A stretch of DNA of 20,374 nt from Candidatus Altimarinota bacterium (GCA_039809385.1 JBDHUY010000023.1:1-20374); one strand, 5' to 3'; numbered from the stretch's first letter, positions 8,057 through 18,012 are shown. Made by a program: numbers and translations. The notes: generated by a model from the letters alone, not told the origin.

Positions 8057-9289
8057 TCATTTCCCGGAGTTTTTCTCACGTCTCGCATTTTCCATACCGC
8101 TCTCATTCCCGGACTCCTCACGCCCATGGCGTGGCAGGCGGACAAGGCCCAAAGGATCCCCTTTAGGGTCGGAGTGATTTTTTGAAGGTATTCCCGCTAT
8201 CTTCAAAAAGTTAAAAAGCCCTACCCACTGCTGGGGGGTAAGCTCTCGGATATCTACATTCGTGACAAAGTCCAGATCATGCGCCAGTCGTTTCCACTGT
8301 GGATACGTAAAAAGCTTATTCAGATTGGCCATCAGGTTCTTTTTTTGTCTTGAAAACGCATAGTGGACAAAGTCGGCGTACATGGTTTTAAACTTTTCTT
8401 CCAGTAAGGGGGCTTCTCGCTTACGGATAGCAAGCAGTACCACATCCACACCCGGTTCGGGAGAAAAGTCGGAACGCTTGAAGGTATGGACGATCTCGTA
8501 GGTAAACCAGGGCTTGGTCAAGACTGATAATTCGTATTCCTGCCGGTTTCCCGACAAGCGCCACGCCGCTTCTTTTTGCGTGAACAGATAGGTCTCGTCG
8601 GGCGGAAATTTCAGAAAAAGCAGCTTTTTCACCACCGCCGAGGTGAGGGAAAACGGAATATTCGAGAAAACTTTATATCGTTGTTCACGCATCGAAAAAC
8701 GCATAAAATCTGTCTGTTCCAGGTGGACATTGGTATACTTGGCCACATTCATTTTTAGCAGCTCGATAACGCTGCCGTCTTTTTCGACTGCAATAACTTT
8801 TTGAGCCGCTTCCGCCAGTCTGGCTGTAATATTACCCCGTCCGGGTCCAATTTCCAGAACGGTATCATGCGCTGTGATCCCGACTTTACGGATCAGATAT
8901 CCCGCCAAGGCCGGATTTTTGAGAAAATTTTGTCCCAGTTGCTGCCGTTTACGTTGATTGTAGGCCGGGAGCGTCGGTTTCTTACTTCGCTTCGGGAGCC
9001 GTGTTCCTTTTGGCGCGGAAGGAGAGGTGGTGAGCGACGGTTGCCTGCTCTTTCGCGATATCTGGTCGCGTTTTGGGAAGGACGTAGAGGGAACGGCTTG
9101 TCTTTTTTCAGCGTTATTCTTATTTCCGCGTACGCCAAATGCAACGTTTTTTTTCGGTTTACTCTCGTTATCTCTCTTATTATTCTCAAAGGCGTGAGGG
9201 AATGCTTTGTCTTTTCTCCGTTCTCCCTTCTCCGTTCTCCTCACTACTTGTCCGGATGGTTTTTTAGTCCGCTGCTTGAAACGTTTCAT
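8057..9289 (-). CDS. rRNA adenine-N6 methyltransferase, Erm-like, with long basic N-terminal and low-complexity C-terminal extensions
   Basis: GQNFL, SAM motif VLEIGPGRG, catalytic NIPF, FSPEPGVD and an Erm-type C-domain (FTYPQWKRL...ELTPQQWVGLF). Start overlaps the femAB stop (ATGA). Erm versus KsgA is not fully resolved. Confidence 0.85.
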   Translation of the reverse strand: MKRFKQRTKKPSGQVVRRTEKGERRKDKAFPHAFENNKRDNESKPKKNVAFGVRGNKNNAEKRQAVPSTSFPKRDQISRKSRQPSLTTSPSAPKGTRLPKRSKKPTLPAYNQRKRQQLGQNFLKNPALAGYLIRKVGITAHDTVLEIGPGRGNITARLAEAAQKVIAVEKDGSVIELLKMNVAKYTNVHLEQTDFMRFSMREQRYKVFSNIPFSLTSAVVKKLLFLKFPPDETYLFTQKEAAWRLSGNRQEYELSVLTKPWFTYEIVHTFKRSDFSPEPGVDVVLLAIRKREAPLLEEKFKTMYADFVHYAFSRQKKNLMANLNKLFTYPQWKRLAHDLDFVTNVDIRELTPQQWVGLFNFLKIAGIPSKNHSDPKGDPLGLVRLPRHGREESGNESGMENARREKNSGK

Positions 9290-10317
9290 CGTACTTTTTT
9301 ATAAAGATGGTACAAATAGGTCCATAAGTAACTACGTGGGATCAAATAGCCGCCTGTGTATGCTACCACATCTCCACCGAATTTGCGCTTAAAATCAGTT
9401 ACACCCATGAGCGGGTGATTTTTCACATCCGCATCGGCGATGCCCAGAAAGTCATAGGTGAGACATCCTCGCCGGCGCGCCTCCCGGATGGCAGCCCACT
9501 GGACGAGATAGGGCGCCATGAGATTCCGGTATTGATTGGCCGAAGCTCCGTAGTAGTAGGTAGCGGTTGTGCCAAAAAATAAAAAAATACCTCCGGCAAT
9601 CACTGTCTCTTCATACGTCGCGATCAGCAACAGCGCATCCTTGTGAAAGACGCGTAGCATAGTTTCATAGACATGCTGCGCATGTACCGAAAATCCGTCG
9701 CGTTTCCCGGTTTCTACGATCAGGGGATACAGCTCCCCGATACTGCCGGATCTCACGACCACTCCTTTCTTTTCGGCCAGGCGAATGTTGTACCGGCCTT
9801 TTTCCTTCATTTGGGCTAAAATAGATGTCTCGTCACCGGTTATATTCAATAGCAACGTCGTAGCTGGCTGGTGGGAAACGGTTGGTTGTGCTTTCGTAGT
9901 CGGAAGATAGTGTCGAAGTTCTTCAGTTCTCCGAACAAGCGGGTCGAAGCGGAAAAAGATTGGAGACAAGGGCTTTTCTGCAGTTTCTTCAGCCTGCCCT
10001 TCTTCTGGTATGCCCTGCTTCATCAGTTTTTTGATCTCAAGCGTTAATAATTCGTTTTGACCCGGGTTTTGAGAGAACAACGGTCCGCGCGGACTGTACC
10101 AATAGGATTTTCCCAAGGGCAAAGGATACTCAAAAATCAGAGCGCTCGTCCGGATTTTTTCGTTTTCCCAGCCTGTCAAAATGCAGCTTTGTAAATGCAG
10201 TGCTTCAGCCTGATATTTCTGCCAGAGGCGGGATTGAAAAAGAGAACTGTGCGGGTGCTGTTCAACGAAATCGTCATACAAGGAATGTTCTGCTGCTACG
10301 AGCGGGCGGATGACCAT
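9286..10317 (-). CDS. FemABX-family peptidoglycan bridge aminoacyltransferase (lipid II:amino acid ligase)
   Basis: YSPRGP, GRYNIRLAEKKGV, YYYGAS, YDFLGI and GVTDFKRKFGG. Confidence 0.95.
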   Translation of the reverse strand: MVIRPLVAAEHSLYDDFVEQHPHSSLFQSRLWQKYQAEALHLQSCILTGWENEKIRTSALIFEYPLPLGKSYWYSPRGPLFSQNPGQNELLTLEIKKLMKQGIPEEGQAEETAEKPLSPIFFRFDPLVRRTEELRHYLPTTKAQPTVSHQPATTLLLNITGDETSILAQMKEKGRYNIRLAEKKGVVVRSGSIGELYPLIVETGKRDGFSVHAQHVYETMLRVFHKDALLLIATYEETVIAGGIFLFFGTTATYYYGASANQYRNLMAPYLVQWAAIREARRRGCLTYDFLGIADADVKNHPLMGVTDFKRKFGGDVVAYTGGYLIPRSYLWTYLYHLYKKVR

Positions 10318-10712
10318 AGTGCTTCGTCAAGGGCTTCATTTACAAGTTTGTCGGCCAGTTTGTTTTGGGCGCGGGGCACGTGCGTAAACGTGATTGCTCG
10401 CATAAAGGTCATCTGTTGAATCTGTTCGGCTATTTTTCCCAAGTTTTGGTCTTTGATTCTATAAACACCGTTCATCTGATTCACCACCAACTCGCTGTCC
10501 AGATAACATTCTATTTCAGTGGGCTGATATTCCATGGCTCTTTCAAGGCTCTCAAGCAGGGCCGTGTACTCGGCGATATTATTGGTGGTTTCGCCGATAT
10601 AGCGTTTTACTTTCGCCAGAATTTTTTTGTCGCGATTCATGATAACCCCGCCTATGGCTGCCGGACCGGGATTTCCGCGGGCGCCGCCGTCGGTAAATAT
10701 CAGGACTTTCAT
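10296..10712 (-). CDS. rnhA: Ribonuclease HI (archaeal/RnhA-like subtype)
   Basis: FTDGGARGNPGPA, TNNIAEY, DSELVVNQMNG and HVPRAQNKLAD; overlaps the femAB start by 22 nt. Confidence 0.95.
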   Translation of the reverse strand: MKVLIFTDGGARGNPGPAAIGGVIMNRDKKILAKVKRYIGETTNNIAEYTALLESLERAMEYQPTEIECYLDSELVVNQMNGVYRIKDQNLGKIAEQIQQMTFMRAITFTHVPRAQNKLADKLVNEALDEALWSSARS

Positions 10713-10718
10713 ACTGGC

Positions 10719-10727
10719 ATTATAACA
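10719..10727 (-). promoter_or_regulatory. Extended -10 promoter giving a probable leaderless rnhA operon mRNA
   Basis: Minus strand reads TGTTATAAT-GCCAGT-ATG, i.e. TGnTATAAT only 6 nt before the start codon. Confidence 0.65.
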
Positions 10728-10774
10728 ATGTAATTCTACTCAAAGTACAAGATCAGAAATAGTTTACTGTGGAT

Positions 10775-10940
10775 AAATGTCAAATCTCAAAACCAAAATG
10801 CCAAAAGAAATCCCAATATCAAAGCTCAAACAGACGCATAGTTATTTTGTGACGTGCAGGTATTTTTTGCCGCAGATTTGATCCGCGCGGATTGAGGTTT
10901 GAGCTTGATTTGTCATTTGGATTTTGAAATTTGGTTTTTG
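10775..10940. repeat. Heptamer-type inverted-repeat element, copy A
   Basis: A-rich arm of TCAAA/CCAAA units and a T-rich mirror arm; AAGCTCAAAC (10822-10831) / GTTTGAGCTT (10897-10906). 10796-10841 matches 12650-12694 at 42 of 46 positions. Confidence 0.8.
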
Positions 10941-11069
10941 TGCGAATATATGCGGATATATTAAATTGTTACGGTACGTATATTTTAATAAATGAATTCG
11001 TCTATCGAAACGACTTTAGTACTGTACCCTATTTTACGAAACAAGGTAAGCTAAAAATATGCATAGCGA

Positions 11070-11099
11070 TTGTGAAAGAACCGTATTTTGTCGTATAAT
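11070..11099 (+). promoter_or_regulatory. Sigma70-type promoter for the pilus genes
   Basis: TTGTGA-N18-TATAAT, 43 nt upstream of the ATG at 11143. Confidence 0.55.
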
Positions 11100-11142
11100 A
11101 CTATGATTTCGTTTTACCCAAAACCGCGTATCGGATTTTCTT

Positions 11143-11913
11143 ATGTTCAGTATTATCGACCAACATATCGCCGAAGCGTACCATCGCGAAAAAAAATCCT
11201 TCGTTGCCCGGAAAACCATTTCGGAACGGGTCGCGAAACTACTCTCGGTCTTGCGATTCAAATGGCTGATTGTGCCGGCTTTTGCGGTTTTGCTGTTTTC
11301 GCTTCTGCAGGTTTTCGTTCCGGCTGTTTTTGGTCTTCGAACTCTCTACGGACACTATCTCGAGCAACAGCAATCGTTGGGAAATCTCAATACCCTTTTA
11401 CGGGAAAAACGCAAAGAATTGGCTTCGCTGGAGGTGTCGCTTGATAGAATGCATAATGCCGCCCTGCCTGTCGCTCTGCAGAAGTTACAAGATCAGGCAG
11501 CACGTAAACCCGATGTCGACCGGGCGATTACCGAACTGTATAATCTGGTGCGGGAGTTGTTTCCCCGCAATGCGGTCGACCGCTCTTTTCTGCTGAATAA
11601 AATCGTATTTGATACGTCCAACGATACCATCGTGGTAGACGGTCAGCTCTCTTCCTCCTCCCAAGATCCCCGCGGGGGGTACGATCAGATCGCCCGTTTT
11701 ATCGAGAAGATAAATGCTTCGACTGTCTTTAAGGAAGCTACCCTTCCGCTGATTCGCGCCGACGAACAAGCTCCCCATATCTTGATTTTTCGGGCACTCA
11801 TTACGCTGCAGGAACGCGGAGAATCCGATACCAAAGATAATGGAACTTTGCTCAATGAAATGGCCTCCGAAGCGCTCAAAGACCAAAAGATCAAGCGTCC
11901 TGATATTCCCTAA
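11143..11913 (+). CDS. PilN-like type IV pilus alignment protein
   Basis: Single N-proximal TM helix, coiled coil, then a ferredoxin-like region (IVVDG...IARFIEKINASTVFKE); context next to the pilus ATPase. Confidence 0.6.
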   Translation: MFSIIDQHIAEAYHREKKSFVARKTISERVAKLLSVLRFKWLIVPAFAVLLFSLLQVFVPAVFGLRTLYGHYLEQQQSLGNLNTLLREKRKELASLEVSLDRMHNAALPVALQKLQDQAARKPDVDRAITELYNLVRELFPRNAVDRSFLLNKIVFDTSNDTIVVDGQLSSSSQDPRGGYDQIARFIEKINASTVFKEATLPLIRADEQAPHILIFRALITLQERGESDTKDNGTLLNEMASEALKDQKIKRPDIP

Positions 11914-11928
11914 TATTCGTGTGCAGGT

Positions 11929-12573
11929 ATGACACCTTCCGTATTCTTTTTTTACCGGCAGTATCGCAAACAGATTCTTTTTCTGAGCGCTCTTCTGATT
12001 GGAACATTGAGTGTTTTGGTACTGTTTCGGGCCTTTACGTTTGCTCAATCCCTGATCGATCCGGCGGTCGGGAAAGAAAGCGAAATTCTTTTAAACCAAG
12101 TCCGTATTTTTCAGGAAAAGATCGATGCCAAACAGACCGAAACAAAAGCTATTGAACCAAAATACGGTTCACTGATCGAGTCGGTTTTTCCTTCCGAGGT
12201 TACTACAGAAAAAATGGTTTCCTGGATGAATCAGCTGGTCGGCGCGGCCGGTCCCGACATTGTTTTGACGAATATTGTGTTTCAGCGCGAACGTATCGAA
12301 AAGAAAGAAGACTATACGATCTATCCGGTAAAAGCTACCTTTAAACTCTCCCGCGACGCTCTTGCCAGACTGAGTGACATTTTGGCACATTCCGGTACTC
12401 TTACTCAAGAAAAGAGTGGCATTATCATCAATGGAGAACGGATCTTTCTCCCTCTCATACAAATCCAAAAAACCACGTTGCTGAGTGATTTTACCACCCA
12501 GTACGATCAGAGCGGTACGAAGCTCAAAACGAGTATTCCGGTCGAGTTCGAACTGCTGCTCTACGGGGCCTAA
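11929..12573 (+). CDS. PilO-like type IV pilus alignment protein
   Basis: TM helix, coiled coil, FPSE motif resembling the PilO LP motif, then alternating beta/alpha; lies between the PilN-like gene and the ATPase. Confidence 0.55.
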   Translation: MTPSVFFFYRQYRKQILFLSALLIGTLSVLVLFRAFTFAQSLIDPAVGKESEILLNQVRIFQEKIDAKQTETKAIEPKYGSLIESVFPSEVTTEKMVSWMNQLVGAAGPDIVLTNIVFQRERIEKKEDYTIYPVKATFKLSRDALARLSDILAHSGTLTQEKSGIIINGERIFLPLIQIQKTTLLSDFTTQYDQSGTKLKTSIPVEFELLLYGA

Positions 12574-12634
12574 TACCGTGCCAAGAATCTCAATCTCGTA
12601 AAATCCGATATGTGGTTATCGCAATTCTCAATAC

Positions 12635-12745
12635 CAAAGTTCAAATATCAAATGCCAAAAGAATCCCAATATCAAAGTTCAAACAGATTCATAGCTCCGT
12701 TTTGATATTTAAAATTGTTTTGAAATTTGAGCTTTGACATTTGAA
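12635..12745. repeat. Heptamer-type inverted-repeat element, copy B
   Basis: CAAAGTTCAAATATCAAA left arm and TTTGAAATTTGAGCTTTGACATTTGAA right arm; shares a ~46-bp core with copy A. Confidence 0.8.
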
Positions 12746-12780
12746 CGTATCTAGTATCTCTTCCTATCACTCCCCCTAGT

Positions 12781-14028
12781 ATGTCTACCGAATTACTGCA
12801 GGAAATGAAAACCGCCATTACGCAGGGCGATATTCCGGTCTTTGTCTCGAAATTGTTTGCGCTCGCCAACTTCCAGCATGCGTCGGATATTCATATCGAG
12901 CCGCTGTCGCAGACAGTTTCGGTGCGTCTGAGAATCGACGGCAATTTGCGTCGTATTCTGGATTACGCGCTCTCTTTTCATAATGCGGTGGTAGCCAAGA
13001 TGAAGATCCTGGCAAATCTCAAGATCGACGAACAGCGAATTCCGCAGGATGGTCGCATCAACGTACAGACCGAGCAGGGCGAATTGGATTTGCGCGTTTC
13101 TACCTTTCCCACGATTAACGGAGAAAAGATAGTGATCCGTATCGTGGACAAATCCAAAAAAATACCCAGCTTCGACGAACTCGGTATCGAAGGCTACAAC
13201 CGTACCGTTCTGGAACGCTCTCTGGCCAATCCGGTGGGCATCCTGCTGACGACCGGACCGACCGGATCGGGTAAAACTACGACGTTGTACGCCTGTCTCC
13301 AGCGCTTAAAACGCGAAGGCGTCAATATTGTTACGATCGAAGATCCCATCGAGATCCGCATCGACGGACTCAGTCAGAGTCAAGTCCAGCCGCAGATCGG
13401 CTATACCTTTGCCAGCGGTTTCCGGTCTATTTTGCGTCAGGATCCCGATATCGTGATGGTGGGAGAGGTGCGCGACGAAGAAACCCTGGATGTCGCGATT
13501 GAAGCCGCTCTGACCGGCCATCTGGTACTTTCGACCATTCATACCAATAGCGCTGCGCAAACCATTACCCGTATGATCGATCTTGGCGAAAAAAACTTTC
13601 TGATAGCCGCCACGGTTAACGCTATTATCGCGCAGCGTCTGGTCCGTCGTATTTGCGATGCCTGTAAAGAACCGTACCAGCCCAGTATGGAGATGTTTCG
13701 CGAGATCAAACGTAATCTGGCCATACTACGCCGCGAAGAGCTGGCCGAACGTTTGGGACAACAGGTGATGAAAGACGTAAAACTCTTCAAGGGCACAGGC
13801 TGTGCCGTCTGCGAGCAATCCGGCTATCGCGGCCGCATCGGCTTGTTTGAAGTCCTTGTGCTTGACGAAGAAACCAAGCAGATGGTGCTCGAAAACCAGC
13901 CGGCCGATCAAATCGAAAAGGTTAGTGTCAAAAAAGGCATGGTACCACTCCAGACCGACGGCATTTTAAAGGTGTTGCAAGGGAAGACTACCATCGAAGA
14001 AGTCTATAGGGTAGTCAGTCGTAAATGA
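12781..14028 (+). CDS. GspE/PulE/PilB-family type IV pilus assembly ATPase
   Basis: ASDIHIEP, PQDGR, Walker A GPTGSGKTT, TIEDPIE, LRQDPDIVMVGEVRD, TGHLVLSTIHTN and tetracysteine CDAC/CAVC. Confidence 0.96.
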   Translation: MSTELLQEMKTAITQGDIPVFVSKLFALANFQHASDIHIEPLSQTVSVRLRIDGNLRRILDYALSFHNAVVAKMKILANLKIDEQRIPQDGRINVQTEQGELDLRVSTFPTINGEKIVIRIVDKSKKIPSFDELGIEGYNRTVLERSLANPVGILLTTGPTGSGKTTTLYACLQRLKREGVNIVTIEDPIEIRIDGLSQSQVQPQIGYTFASGFRSILRQDPDIVMVGEVRDEETLDVAIEAALTGHLVLSTIHTNSAAQTITRMIDLGEKNFLIAATVNAIIAQRLVRRICDACKEPYQPSMEMFREIKRNLAILRREELAERLGQQVMKDVKLFKGTGCAVCEQSGYRGRIGLFEVLVLDEETKQMVLENQPADQIEKVSVKKGMVPLQTDGILKVLQGKTTIEEVYRVVSRK

Positions 14029-14080
14029 CTTCCGAAGCCTAGATTCTAGTGTATGTGTACATGCAATAAAAATAAAAAAT

Positions 14081-15085
14081 ATGCTTCGCAATGAAAGTTC
14101 CAACAAGATTATTGTTGAAATTGCACAACCCACCGAATCTAAACCGCGTCTTAGAATTTTGCATGCAGGTGACAAATTTCCCCTTGCAAGCAAAAGTCAT
14201 GGAAAAAATATCATGTATACTCTCCTCGGTGTTGATGATCAGCGTAGGCTGGTTCTAGAGAATGAGACCGATTATGAAGGGATTGCAGCAAAGACCCTTA
14301 CCATACAGTCATTTGAATTAAAATTTGGTCAAAAAATTGACATTTCTCAATTGCCACGATATAGCGAAGCAATGAATGTTGCTTCCGCTCTTTTACGACA
14401 AGGTATTGAACAGGGGAATCGGTATAATCAAGTGTCCCAGGCTTTAGGCTTTACAGAAGAGATTATCGATGGTTTCCTTGATGGTGGCAATCATGCTCAA
14501 TACTTTTCGTCATACGTTGATGCCGAGTTGTATCGACAAAATCTAAATAGGGTACGCCCCGGTCTATCACTGCATATAGTGCAGCTATCAGACTATATAT
14601 GGGGTGTCAGTAATCGCGAATTTATTTTTATCGATAAATACAAAGATCCCATTGTATGTCGTGCTCTTGGAAATGTTCAACGCGAGTATCGCTCTCTGTT
14701 ATCGGAGAGAGAGAAGGTCATCTACATCGGGACACTTGTGTCAGACCTTTGTAGAGATTCATTAACTGAAAATTCATCATACCTTTTTGGTATAAATACG
14801 CTTAGTCAGGTAATTGAGCAGAAAGCAGCAGTTTGCCGACATATTGTACTGCTTTTTCATCTTCTTGGTAAGCAGGTTGGACTGAATTGTTCTGTTATGA
14901 AAGGGTTCTATAATGGCAAGTCTTCCGATATGCACGGTTTTCATGCCTGGAACCAAGTGCGCATCGATTCTGTTGAATATGTCGCTGACATAACATTATT
15001 TATTGATCGGCAAAGCGAGATTTTACAACCATATAACGATTTGTATGGTCGTAAGATCAATGGGAGCTTTGTTCCGATAAGATAA
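14081..15085 (+). CDS. Transglutaminase-like (EDR1-type) cysteine peptidase/transferase domain protein
   Basis: C-terminal AVCRHIVLLF...CSVMKG...HAWNQV...YVAD gives a Cys-His-Asp triad; N-terminal ~200 aa unrecognised; AT-rich. Confidence 0.75.
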   Translation: MLRNESSNKIIVEIAQPTESKPRLRILHAGDKFPLASKSHGKNIMYTLLGVDDQRRLVLENETDYEGIAAKTLTIQSFELKFGQKIDISQLPRYSEAMNVASALLRQGIEQGNRYNQVSQALGFTEEIIDGFLDGGNHAQYFSSYVDAELYRQNLNRVRPGLSLHIVQLSDYIWGVSNREFIFIDKYKDPIVCRALGNVQREYRSLLSEREKVIYIGTLVSDLCRDSLTENSSYLFGINTLSQVIEQKAAVCRHIVLLFHLLGKQVGLNCSVMKGFYNGKSSDMHGFHAWNQVRIDSVEYVADITLFIDRQSEILQPYNDLYGRKINGSFVPIR

Positions 15086-15101
15086 TGCTAATCTTTCCCA
15101 T

Positions 15102-16088
15102 ATGTCTCTGATGAAGATATTCCAAAGGATCGCTCCGAGAACGGGAATTAGAAGAGTGGTTGTAGAGCCGGGAGGTTCTCATGCAGCGTGCATTGAGTTT
15201 ACTAACGGGAAGCATATCATGTTTCGGGACAAACAGTTTAATATCAATGCTTCAAATGCGAGTTCTATTGCCAAAGATAAGATGTCTACGCACTTTTTCT
15301 TGAAAAAATGGGGATTCTCTGTCCCTCGGGCCCGATTGTTTTCTTATACAGTCGGGATGGGTGTGAAAGAACGACATGAAATTATTGAAAAAGCCTTTCA
15401 TTATGCTGAAACGGTCGGACTTCCAGTTATGCTCAAGCCACACGACCTCAGTCAAGGACGCTATGTTACAAAAATTTATCGGCGGCCGTTCTTTTTTCAA
15501 ACGGCGCGAAAGATTTTCGCAGCCGGTTCTTCTCTTCTCGTAGAACGATTCTATGAAGGAACTGATTATCGTATCGTTGTCTTTGATAACAGTGTGATTT
15601 CTGCGTATCAACGCATTCCTCTCTTTGTTCTCGGTGACGGCAGAGCTACGATTGCTCAACTGATAGCTCGAAAGCAACGCTTCTTCAAACGACTCCGCGG
15701 CTTCACTGCGATTGATCTTTCTGACCCCAGGATTCAAGAGAAGTTAAGATTTCAGCATCACACAATGGAATCTATTCCCTATCGGGGCGAGAAAATCACA
15801 TTACTAGATAACTCGAACATCTCTTCGGGGGGCGAGGCGGTCAGGTTACCCGGTCCCCTGCATCCGGATTACAACAAACTGGCTGTTGCCATTGCCCAAT
15901 CTCTTTCTCTTCGTCTCTGCGGTATAGATATTATGCTTCTAGAACCGGAAAGAACATTATCTGACCCGCTCGTTCGCTATGTCGTGTTAGAAGTAAACGC
16001 CGCTCCCGGGCTGATCAATTATAATCTGACCGTTCGGGAGACGGACAAGTTATATTCGATAATCCTGAAAAAATTGTCGCAAGAATGA
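15102..16088 (+). CDS. Stand-alone ATP-grasp ligase, cyanophycin synthetase N-half/GshF-like
   Basis: AKDK, VMLKP..SQGRYV, DYRIVV, RIP..VLGDG..TIAQLI, NISSGG, CGIDI and LEVNAAPGL; no Mur-ligase domain. Confidence 0.9.
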   Translation: MSLMKIFQRIAPRTGIRRVVVEPGGSHAACIEFTNGKHIMFRDKQFNINASNASSIAKDKMSTHFFLKKWGFSVPRARLFSYTVGMGVKERHEIIEKAFHYAETVGLPVMLKPHDLSQGRYVTKIYRRPFFFQTARKIFAAGSSLLVERFYEGTDYRIVVFDNSVISAYQRIPLFVLGDGRATIAQLIARKQRFFKRLRGFTAIDLSDPRIQEKLRFQHHTMESIPYRGEKITLLDNSNISSGGEAVRLPGPLHPDYNKLAVAIAQSLSLRLCGIDIMLLEPERTLSDPLVRYVVLEVNAAPGLINYNLTVRETDKLYSIILKKLSQE

Positions 16089-16168
16089 ATCTATGGTTGA
16101 GTAAAGACTTGTTTTTCCTCAATCTTTCGGTATCCACCTGAACCAGTGTACTATTTTTGTTAAAAAAA

Positions 16169-16197
16169 TTGACACTCAGACTCCTATATTATAAACT
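16169..16197 (+). promoter_or_regulatory. 16S rRNA promoter
   Basis: TTGACA-N17-TAAACT preceded by A/T tracts resembling an UP element. Confidence 0.8.
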
Positions 16198-16234
16198 CGT
16201 AACGCCTCGTGAAAGAAAGAGGTATGTATTTATT

Positions 16235-16246
16235 TGCTCTTTGACA
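16235..16246 (+). promoter_or_regulatory. boxA antitermination element, within the 5' strand of the 16S processing stalk
   Basis: TGCTCTTTGACA versus consensus TGCTCTTTAACA; 16231-16260 is complementary to 17944-17973. Confidence 0.75.
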
Positions 16247-16348
16247 TTCGGGGATACAGCAACAGAAGAGTATTTTCTTCTTATCTGTTTTGTTACTAAG
16301 TCTATTTTTTTCTTTTGTCCGTTTTCTTTTTTCAAAGAAAACTGTCTT

Positions 16349-17848
<1,500 letters not shown>

Positions 17849-17978
17849 CTAGGGAGATATATCTTTTGTCCTTCACTGGATTAAAAGATTATGATCGACT
17901 GGATATGAAGAACCTTTTCTTTCAAGCAGCAATGTTTGAAAAAGCTGTATTTCCGAATGTTGAGGAGCAAATAATATG

Positions 17979-18006
17979 CCAAAACCACCTTTAGGTGGTT
18001 TTTTGG
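17979..18006 (+). terminator. Intrinsic terminator closing the 16S transcript
   Basis: AAAACCACCT-TT-AGGTGGTTTTTT perfect hairpin with T tract, immediately after the 3' strand of the processing stalk. Confidence 0.85.
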
Positions 18007-18012
18007 TAAGTT

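Noticed and set aside
8877-8895. ATCCCGACTTTACGGATC inside erm as a second copy of the CCCGAC hairpin
   Set aside because: It lacks the GTCGGG arm and encodes an ordinary part of the methylase (IRKVGI) with no apparent insertion.
10775-12745. CRISPR array interpretation of the repeated intergenic sequences
   Set aside because: No regularly spaced identical repeats with unique spacers and no cas genes.
15102-16088. Complete cyanophycin synthetase (cphA) or glutathione synthetase GshF
   Set aside because: Only the ATP-grasp part is present; no Mur-ligase or glutamate-cysteine ligase domain and no cyanophycinase neighbour.
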